This document shows, piece after piece, positions 1 to 7,900 of a DNA stretch of 58,352 nt (the first letter of the stretch is position 1; every line of letters starts with the position of its first letter). This DNA comes from Candidatus Kerfeldbacteria bacterium (GTDB taxonomy: Bacteria; Patescibacteriota; Patescibacteriia; UBA9570; XYC2-FULL-38-9), in contig JAHBAR020000015.1 of the NCBI GenBank assembly GCA_018500015.2, forward strand, positions 1 through 58,352. Direction: 5' to 3'. Under the pieces are notes generated by a model. It saw only the letters and a list, made by a program, of their open reading frames with translations. It did not search any database and was not told where the DNA came from. The position numbers and the translations under genes were made by a program.

Positions 1-2
1 CA

Positions 3-143
3 AATTATTTTATTCATAATGCCTACTGGCACAATAATTTCGGACATCGCATGAGTCATGGATGTGTGAATGTGAATTTGGAAAACTCAAAATGGATTTA
101 CGATTGGGCTCAAGTAGGTACGCCGGTATGGATTCACGAATGA
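3..143 (+). CDS. 3' end of an L,D-transpeptidase (YkuD-domain) gene, truncated by the window edge
   Basis: Frame 3 reads ...[40 protein letters not shown]. The SHGC(V/I)N catalytic-Cys motif and flanks closely match the C-terminus of the next gene ([17 protein letters not shown]). The TGA stop at 141-143 overlaps the next ATG (ATGA). Confidence 0.8.
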   Translation, partial: NYFIHNAYWHNNFGHRMSHGCVNVNLENSKWIYDWAQVGTPVWIHE

Positions 144-1579
144 AATACATGCGCGTTGCGCACACCATTTTTTTATCAGTCGGATTTTTCAGTGTGCCGT
201 TTGTTACATCTGCATCAGCACTTCGCGCACCGCAACTCCAAGTCATCGACATGAATTCGCGCACAGTCGAACATGTCATCACTGTGGAAGCTGACGGTAC
301 GGATGTTGGATTAAAGCCTCTGGTTGCTGACATTGACGACGATGATAGCGCAGATATTCTTGTGTTTGAATCTACGGGAAGCGAGGTCAAGCCACTTGTA
401 CGCATATATGATCGACATGGCGTGCAGAAAAAAATCTACCCATTGTTTGTGCCGCAAGAGGCTGGCAACGAAATAAGTGCAGCTATTGGTAATGTTGATA
501 GCGATGCTGAGCTCGAAATTGTTATTTCGTTTCCACAAAGTACAAGTACACGTGTATATATCTTTGATGCCACATTTAAATATAATGATCCATCACGCCC
601 CTCATTTATTGCATTTCCTTCGTTGAGTACTGGCGCTCGCGTTACTGTAGGCAATGTCACCGGCGATAAAAAAAATGAAATTATTGTTGGCACTGGAGTC
701 GGTGCGCAAGCGCATGTTGGTTTGTTTGATCAACATGGAAAGCAGTACGGCACTGACATTATCCCGTTTGCCGAGACTGATACCCAAGGCGTGACACTTG
801 CAACCATCACAAGCAGCGGCAGTACATACGCAGACCTTGCTATCGGCTTGGCGGAATCAGCACAAACATGGTTTAAGGTATATACTATCGACAATGCATT
901 TACCTATCCGGTGCGCACTGAACAACGAGTGTGGTCACGGGAGTGGAAGAGTGGAGTGAGTCTTGCCAGTGCAGATATTTTGCACACCGGTAGTCAAGAG
1001 CTTGTTGTTGCTCCGTTATCTGATCAGCGCACTGAGTTGCAATTTTTTCATGCGGACGGAACTAAGGAAGATTCAATTGCGCCTGTGTATGGTTTTGAAG
1101 AGAGTTTTAATGGAGGCTCCGAGTTTGCTTTTGGTCAGCTTGATTCTGACCTTGCTACAGAGTTGGTTATTGCTCCGCGCGTACAAACACAACGCGGCGA
1201 TCTTTCAAAAGGAAGTAAATATGTGGTAACTGATCTCTCAGAGCAAACTACGACATTATGGGAGGATGGATATATTCTTAAGCAGTTTCTTATTTCTAGC
1301 GGCGCAGGTGGTCGACCAACGCCAACCGGCGAAACAAAAATTAGTTATAAAAAAGCGTTGATCAATTATGATGGTGCAATGTTTGGCGAGTCGTATCATT
1401 TTGCGAACACTCCTTGGAATACCATGTTTCGTTCGGGCGGATATTTTTTCCACACCGCCTATTGGCACAATAATTTTGGTAACCCAATGAGCCATGGGTG
1501 CATCAATATGCGAGAGCCTGACGCGCATTTTTTGTATGATTGGACTGAGATGGGGACCGTAGTGATCACGCACTCTTAA
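140..1579 (+). CDS. Secreted FG-GAP/VCBS-repeat protein with C-terminal L,D-transpeptidase (YkuD) domain
   Basis: ORF track 62..1579. ATG 140 is preferred because of the ATGA overlap with the upstream stop and because it opens a signal peptide ([27 protein letters not shown]). Repeated D-x-D/N-x-D...E(I/L)V(V/I) integrin-like FG-GAP motifs are present. The C-terminus carries [20 protein letters not shown], the YkuD active site. Confidence 0.85.
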   Translation: MKYMRVAHTIFLSVGFFSVPFVTSASALRAPQLQVIDMNSRTVEHVITVEADGTDVGLKPLVADIDDDDSADILVFESTGSEVKPLVRIYDRHGVQKKIYPLFVPQEAGNEISAAIGNVDSDAELEIVISFPQSTSTRVYIFDATFKYNDPSRPSFIAFPSLSTGARVTVGNVTGDKKNEIIVGTGVGAQAHVGLFDQHGKQYGTDIIPFAETDTQGVTLATITSSGSTYADLAIGLAESAQTWFKVYTIDNAFTYPVRTEQRVWSREWKSGVSLASADILHTGSQELVVAPLSDQRTELQFFHADGTKEDSIAPVYGFEESFNGGSEFAFGQLDSDLATELVIAPRVQTQRGDLSKGSKYVVTDLSEQTTTLWEDGYILKQFLISSGAGGRPTPTGETKISYKKALINYDGAMFGESYHFANTPWNTMFRSGGYFFHTAYWHNNFGNPMSHGCINMREPDAHFLYDWTEMGTVVITHS

Positions 1580-1677
1580 CAACAAGATTGCCGCGTCGCT
1601 CACGCTCCCCGCAATGACAAACCTTCTGCATGTCATTGCGAGGAAGGGCAAAGCCCTGACGAAGCAATCTTGTTGTT
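1578..1677. repeat. Family A structured repeat, copy A1 (100 bp hairpin element)
   Basis: A 14-bp perfect terminal stem, aacaacaagattgc (1578-1591) / gcaatcttgttgtt (1664-1677). The inner 10-bp hairpin is cgcaatgaca/tgtcattgcg, followed by gggc-aaa-gccc. It is near-identical to 4275-4368 and starts inside the TAA stop of the upstream gene. Confidence 0.9.
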
Positions 1678-1698
1678 TTTGCCCATTTTAAGTATACT
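1670..1698 (+). promoter_or_regulatory. Putative sigma70-type promoter of secD (TTGTTG-N17-TATACT)
   Basis: The -35 box lies inside the right arm of repeat A1. The -10 box TATACT (1693-1698) ends 9 nt before the secD ATG, and no Shine-Dalgarno sequence is visible. Confidence 0.4.
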
Positions 1699-1707
1699 TT
1701 CACGCGT

Positions 1708-3375
1708 ATGACTATACGCACAAAAGTACGCCTATCTTTGTTAGGCATTCTTGCTCTTGCACTGCTTGCCGGCATTATCGATTATCCAAAAGGTCCAGAT
1801 ATTCACATTGGAAAATGGCACGATGAAATTAAAGTGCATCTTGGACTTGACCTTCAAGGAGGCAGTTCATTGCTGTATCAAGCCGATGTTTCAGATATTG
1901 CCGATGCTGATCGTGAAGCCGCTCTTGCGAGTGTTCGTGATGTGATTGAGCAACGCATCAATGCATTTGGTGTTTCTGAGCCAGTGATTCAAACTATTCG
2001 CTCGGGTGATGACTGGCGTATTGCTGTTGAGCTTCCTGGTGTTACAGACATTCAAGAGGCTATAGATCGTATTGGTGCAACGCCGACACTCGAATTTAAA
2101 GTCGAAGGTCCAGCGCCAATATATACCGACGAGCAGTTGGCCACAATTCGTGCCCACAACGACGAGCAAAAAACAAAAGCGCAAGATGTGTTAAACCGCA
2201 CACTCGCTGGCGAAAGCTTTGAACAGCTCGCAACCGAAAACACCGAGGATCCGGGTTCAAAAGAAACACAAGGTAATCTTGGTCAATTTACCGACGGTGA
2301 GATGGTGGGCGCTTTTAATGACGTGGTATTTAACAAGGCAACGGTTGGGCAAATCTACCCTGAGTTGGTATCTACAGAGTACGGGTATCACATCATTCGT
2401 GTTGACGAACGCACAGAAGCAATCACAGATGAAAACGGTACTGTCACGCAGAAAGCAACCGCAAAAGCTCATCATATTTTATTTACGACAACCTCTGAAG
2501 AATATCCAATCTATGGCCCAACGTATGTTTCTTCCGGGCTCTCAGGTGAGCAACTCAGTCGCGCCGATGTAGTGTTTGATCCAAGCACCGGTTTGCCAGT
2601 CATCTCTGTGACATTTAATTCTGAGGGCACACAGTTGTTTGCTCAAATTACAAAAGAGAATATCGGCAAAACCATCGCCATTTATCTTGACGGTGAGCTG
2701 GTCATGACACCTCTTGTGAATGAACAAATCCCTAATGGACAGGCGGTGATTAATGGTAGCTTCACTTTGCAAGAAGCAAAAGCAGAAGTACAAAAGCTTA
2801 ATGCTGGCGCTCTTCCTGTTCCTATATCTCTCGTTTCTCAACAAAATATCGGCCCTTCGCTTGGGCAAGTATCCATTGAGCGGAGTTTGCTCGCTGGTGT
2901 CATTGGGCTTGTGCTCCTTTCTTTCTTTATCATCGCATACTATCGTCTCCCCGGCGTGCTTGCTGTTGTTGCACTTGGCATGTATACGCTCATTGTTCTT
3001 GCAGTATTCAAACTATGGCCTGTGACGCTTACGCTTGCCGGTATCGCCGGGTTTATTTTATCGATTGGTATGGCGGTCGATGCCAATGTGTTGATTTTTG
3101 AACGTTTAAAAGAAGAGCTCCGCGCAGGCAAGTCCATTGACTCTGCTGTGGAAGAAGGATTTAAGCGCGCATGGCTTTCCATTCGTGATTCAAACTCTTC
3201 ATCACTCATCACCTGTTTAATTTTGTACTGGTTTGGCTCATCCCTTATTCGTGGCTTTGCAATTACACTGGCCATTGGCATTGTGATAAGCATGTTCTCT
3301 GCGATCACTATCACTCGCAACTTCTTGCACTTCGTGCGTCCAAAAAATCCGTGGTGGTATTCTGTAACAAAGTAG
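1708..3375 (+). CDS. secD: Protein translocase subunit SecD with an inserted parvulin-like PPIase domain
   Basis: N-terminal TM helix, then LGLDLQGGSSLLY and the VIEQRINAFGVSEPVIQ P1 motifs. The P1-head motif AIYLDGELVMTPLVNEQIPNGQAVINGSFTLQEAKAEVQKLNAGALPVP is present, and the C-terminal 6-TM bundle has GMAVDANVLIFERLKEE. The insert (about aa 140-262) carries FEQLA...EDPGSKETQGNLGQF...GAFNDVVF...YGYHIIRV. Confidence 0.9.
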   Translation: MTIRTKVRLSLLGILALALLAGIIDYPKGPDIHIGKWHDEIKVHLGLDLQGGSSLLYQADVSDIADADREAALASVRDVIEQRINAFGVSEPVIQTIRSGDDWRIAVELPGVTDIQEAIDRIGATPTLEFKVEGPAPIYTDEQLATIRAHNDEQKTKAQDVLNRTLAGESFEQLATENTEDPGSKETQGNLGQFTDGEMVGAFNDVVFNKATVGQIYPELVSTEYGYHIIRVDERTEAITDENGTVTQKATAKAHHILFTTTSEEYPIYGPTYVSSGLSGEQLSRADVVFDPSTGLPVISVTFNSEGTQLFAQITKENIGKTIAIYLDGELVMTPLVNEQIPNGQAVINGSFTLQEAKAEVQKLNAGALPVPISLVSQQNIGPSLGQVSIERSLLAGVIGLVLLSFFIIAYYRLPGVLAVVALGMYTLIVLAVFKLWPVTLTLAGIAGFILSIGMAVDANVLIFERLKEELRAGKSIDSAVEEGFKRAWLSIRDSNSSSLITCLILYWFGSSLIRGFAITLAIGIVISMFSAITITRNFLHFVRPKNPWWYSVTK

Positions 3376-3376
3376 T

Positions 3377-4276
3377 ATGTTTAAAATTATTCATAAATCA
3401 AAATATTTTGCAGCGTTTTCCATTGTGTTGTTTATCCTTTCGGTAACCGCATATGGTATATGGGGGTTGCGCTTAGGTATTGATTTCACCGGCGGCGCGT
3501 CGCTTGATCTTTCATTTAGTAATCGTCCTACCACAGAGCAGCTCGCAACAGATCTTTCTACTTTAGGTTTTGAAGCATCAAGTATTGTCACAGGAGGTGA
3601 CACGGAGATGCTCATTAAATTTCAAGAGCTCGACAATGCGCAAAAAGACGCAATCGTTTCTGGGCTCTCACACTATGGCGCAACAGAGGTGAGTTTTGTT
3701 ACCATCGGCCCGTCGATCGGCGAAGAGTTGAAGCAGAAGTCTATTCTCGCCATTGGTTTGGTGCTGGCAGCAATTATTGTCTATATTTCGTATGCGTTTC
3801 GTCGCGTATCAAAAGGTCCCGTGCCATCGTGGGTGTACGGCATTGCCGCGATTGTTGCGCTTGCACACGACATCTTTATCCCTATTGGTGTGTTCGCTTT
3901 ACTTGGTCATTTTGCCGGAGTGCAGATTGATGCATTGTTTGTGACAGCACTTTTGACCATTCTTGGATTCTCAGTGCACGATACTATTGTGGTGTTTGAT
4001 CGTATCCGTGAAGGGTTGAAAGATCGTGCACACAAAACTTTTGCTGAAATTGTTAATATTTCTATCAACACCACTCTCGCTCGCTCAATTAACACCTCAG
4101 TTACCACGCTCATTGTGCTTACCGCGCTGTATGTGTTTGGTGGCACTGCTATCCACTGGTTTGTATTCACTCTTATCTTGGGCATCATTTGTGGAACATA
4201 CTCTTCGATTTTCATCGCAAGCCCAGTATTGCTTCTTGGCGAATGGTTCCTGAATAGAAAGAGAAAAATAGCCTAA
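3377..4276 (+). CDS. secF: Protein translocase subunit SecF
   Basis: GIDFTGGASLDL, HDIFIPIGVFALLG and SVHDTIVVFDRIRE motifs. The gene starts immediately downstream of secD, with a 1-nt gap. Confidence 0.92.
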   Translation: MFKIIHKSKYFAAFSIVLFILSVTAYGIWGLRLGIDFTGGASLDLSFSNRPTTEQLATDLSTLGFEASSIVTGGDTEMLIKFQELDNAQKDAIVSGLSHYGATEVSFVTIGPSIGEELKQKSILAIGLVLAAIIVYISYAFRRVSKGPVPSWVYGIAAIVALAHDIFIPIGVFALLGHFAGVQIDALFVTALLTILGFSVHDTIVVFDRIREGLKDRAHKTFAEIVNISINTTLARSINTSVTTLIVLTALYVFGGTAIHWFVFTLILGIICGTYSSIFIASPVLLLGEWFLNRKRKIA

Positions 4277-4368
4277 CAACAAGATTGCTTCGCTGCGCTC
4301 GCAATGACGTTGCAGAAGGGCTGTCATTGCGAGGAAGGGCAAAGCCCTGACGAAGCAATTTTGTTATT
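4275..4368. repeat. Family A structured repeat, copy A2
   Basis: Same termini (aacaacaagattgc ... gcaattttgttatt) and the same inner modules as A1. The left end overlaps the secF TAA stop, and the right end overlaps the stop of the convergent gene 4364..4783. Confidence 0.9.
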
Positions 4369-4783
4369 CAACGTTAAGTTTGCCTGCAGCATGAAGTTTG
4401 ACAATGGTGTCATCAACATAACTCTTTAGCCCTTGAAGTGATGTCATGTATGTTGTAAGGAGTTTGGTGAACAGCGCTTCATTACTCTCTTTTTCCAACA
4501 CATCATGAATTTCACCTGAGTCAGGATCGGCGATTTCTTGCGTTGCGGCAAGGTGGTCAACTTCAGCCTCTCGAAACACTTTTTGTGCGCTTTTGAGTGC
4601 AGTAGTCAACTCAACAATCCGTGTTTCATTGTTGTGCATGGCGCGAGTTTCTTCGATGTATGCAAGAAGATGCTGGATGTGTTGTTGTACACCTTGAAGA
4701 TCAATAGCTTTGAGTTGGTCAGGGTTTTCCGGTACTCCAAAAAGCTCTCCAAAGGTCATCTTTTGTTGTTCTTCGTTTGCCAT
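4364..4783 (-). CDS. Hypothetical helical protein (139 aa)
   Basis: Clean ORF with ATG start, acidic and helical composition, and no recognisable motif. It is divergent from the 1427-aa orphan gene. Confidence 0.6.
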   Translation of the reverse strand: MANEEQQKMTFGELFGVPENPDQLKAIDLQGVQQHIQHLLAYIEETRAMHNNETRIVELTTALKSAQKVFREAEVDHLAATQEIADPDSGEIHDVLEKESNEALFTKLLTTYMTSLQGLKSYVDDTIVKLHAAGKLNVE

Positions 4784-4793
4784 AGATGCTCAT

Positions 4794-4822
4794 AGTATAC
4801 ACCGCTTGTACACGATTGACAA
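4794..4822 (-). promoter_or_regulatory. Putative promoter TTGTCA-N17-TATACT for 4364..4783
   Basis: Read on the minus strand. The -10 box ends 10 nt before the ATG, and no SD sequence is present. Confidence 0.5.
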
Positions 4823-4861
4823 AGTGAATGAAATATGGAATACTCATACGTTGATTTTCTC

Positions 4862-4890
4862 TTGAAATAAGAGAACAACTTCGCTATACT
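4862..4890 (+). promoter_or_regulatory. Putative promoter TTGAAA-N17-TATACT for the 1427-aa gene
   Basis: Near-consensus boxes with 17-nt spacing. The TTG start at 4890 used by the ORF track overlaps the last base of the -10 box, so ATG 4920 is the more likely start. Confidence 0.5.
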
Positions 4891-4919
4891 TGTCTACAAT
4901 TACATCAACATACATACTT

Positions 4920-7900
4920 ATGGCAACACGACGACGAACAGGAGAGTCAGCAGCCCCTGCGAATGCAGGCGCACAGCCACAAAAGAGTACTCTTGGTGGT
5001 CAACCCGTAGATACTATAACAGTAGGAACCCGTACTGCAGCACGTGGACCAGAAAAAGCACGTATACCAGAGCTCAAAGAAGGGACTGTGTTGCGTGGTG
5101 TTACTGCTTCGTATGTGGGTGCGCGCAAACCTGGAGAGTATTCTGCGGAGTGTGTCGTGGGTGGAAAGAGATTAGATCTACGTGTATTTACTGACAACGC
5201 ACACTATGTTTTGATTAGCAGCCCCCAAAAAGTAGATGTTCGTTTATTAGAAACACCTCAACAACAAGGGGGAAAGTTGAGTGCGCGAGCTGTTGTTGAT
5301 GGCGCGAGCGTTGACCTTTCAACTATTGAGCATATTGCTCGTAGTGCTCCAGCCCGACAACCAGGCGAATTGGTGGAATTGGGTAGGCGAACGCTCACCC
5401 AGCTTGAACCGGGTGTATTTGCAGTCAGCGGTCAGGAGGCTGATAATCGCGCTGTCCGAGTACGATCTCTTTTGGGTTGGAAGCCAGAGATGGTCAAGGA
5501 TAGAGGGGTGGAGATGGTGGCAGCAGACAATGTGCGCGTTGCCATGCTTAGAGGCGGCGTAGATGCTTATATGTATGAGGCTTTGCCTGAGCGTGAGGCC
5601 ATCTTACTGAGCCAGCATATTCGTTTTGTGAATATATTGAATCGATACGCCCCTGTTATTACCGCGCTTTCCCAGCCCGATGGTTTTCGAGATCATATGG
5701 GAAAAGTTTTACCTTGGGAACCAGAAGGCGCTTGGGCGCCACGAGTGCGAACAGAGATTGCTACACGCATGATAGAGGTATTAGGTGCGTATTTTAGTTA
5801 CATAGCAGCCAATGCACCCAGCGAGCAATTCGTGGATACTGATTACCTTGAGGCAGCTATGAATAAGTTGGAAGAATTTTTGTACGGAGCTGCCTTTTTT
5901 GCAAAAGAAGAGAGCGTTCCTTCAGTTACAATACTACCAACCGCACAGTTGAAATTACCACAGGCCCAGCATTTGGAAGAACTTCATACATTTTTTGCGG
6001 CCGCTATGCCTGATGCATCAAAGGTATGGACTCCAGAAACTTTGCGCACTGTTGGCACGGTAATGGATGCGGCTACTGAAGAGCTACCAGATGATTTTAT
6101 TGAACGAGCACCACGCGGTGGCGATCTTTTTGCAACTTTGAATGTAATACTGGAAGATGCTGGTTTACCAAGGCTCCAGAGAGGTCAGGAGTATGTTGTA
6201 AAGGGTCGTATTGACACATCTACCGGCACTCCAAGATTTTTTGATCTTTCTGATGCGTTACGGATAGGAACAGTTCTTGATGATCCCGCGGTTGTTTTTT
6301 CAACAGAAGGAAACCTTAGCGTCTTATTTGATTCTGTTCAAGCTCGCGCAAGAAGGGCTGTCAGTATTCAGACTGCGCGTTCATCCGCACTTACTGTCGA
6401 TATTGCTCCAGATATGTTGCCGCGTACCACTGCTCTCAGAGAGGGTGAATTTATTGACGCACTCAAAGCCGGGCATATTGAAATGCGTACTGTTCAGGTG
6501 AATGATCTTGATTCTACAGTGCATGCTCTTGAACACGCAAGTACTCTACAAATTATTGGATACATTAATGGGCGTTCTGAAAAGAGCGTTTTTCCAAGAT
6601 CGTTTATAGATGCGCGCTCAAGAGGGGAGGGTGCAGCCATAACACGAGCAATCGTCGATCGACTCAGTGCTAATTTGAGAGTGTTCTTGTCCCCGCTTGT
6701 TATTGATAGGGTTGAGATAGCGAGACAAGATTTGGATGTCACAACCATTGAGCTTACTGTGGTTGTGCATGGAGTAGTTTGTGCTGTTTCTCTTAATGGT
6801 AAGGTAGAACACGACCGTAAAGCATTTGAGCCGTTTAGGAAGGCTATTGCAGAGGCGAAAGCTGCTCGTGATGCTCAAGAAGCTGATGGAGGGCGATCAA
6901 GGCTCTATGCGTGGTTACAAGCAGCGCCACTGGTGAACATTATTGGCTATGTACAAGGAGAGCTTTTAGAAGAATCTACAGTTCCTCAGCAATATCGTTC
7001 ATATAGAACCGCTTTACGCGGCCCGGCGGATTTTGCTGCTGGCATACGCGAAAGAGTTTTGGCTCGCGTGCGGGCTGACGCACGTTTGCCAGATAATGCA
7101 GTGTTTGTTCCTGTAAGCAACGATCCTTTTGTTGTTAAAGTGACGTGTGCAGGAGTGCCGCCGCAGCACATGACAGTTACTGGTGATCCACGAACTGATG
7201 AGCCAGTATTTAGGGGTGTGCGTGATTTTTTTCATGAGCAACTTGCCGCACCAAAACTCCTTGAGCGCTTTAACGCAGACAATAACATCTTCCCCCCACT
7301 GGTTTTTGGTGAGACAGCAAGGCACACTTCTGGCATATATCCTTCAGATGAGTTTCGCATTAGTGGGATAAGTTATCTCAATACCACTCAAATTTTTAAC
7401 CTTACACCTGTTGCTGGTGGCTCACCATGGGCCATGTCCTTATCTGAGTTTGCCGCTGAGTTAGAACGTGGATTTATTTATCGCGATGTATTGAAGGAGG
7501 AGGATGCATATATTAATGATGCCTCCCCATGGAATTTTCCGTCTCGCGAGATACATACAAATCCTGAGCGAGCACTTGCCTTTAATGGTATGCCAGCAAC
7601 AGAGATGGGTGGTAGGTTTGTGCGTCGTTTTCGCCTTGCTGTTCAGTACAACTCTGGAAAGGAAAAGGGAAAAACATACCGTGTTATCCGTGTTGATGGT
7701 TCAACGCATGAAATGATTTGTGCACAGGAGACCTCTGAAGGTATCTTGGTGGAGCCTACTGTGGAGCTTGTTATGGACACCGATGATGTGATTCGTAATC
7801 CGCACTGGTTTGAAATTCCAGACAACAGTGTGTACATTCGAGTTGCTCAAGCCTTTGATTTGCGCAGTCCTGAGCTTGCTCGCCAACTGTTTGAACCGGG

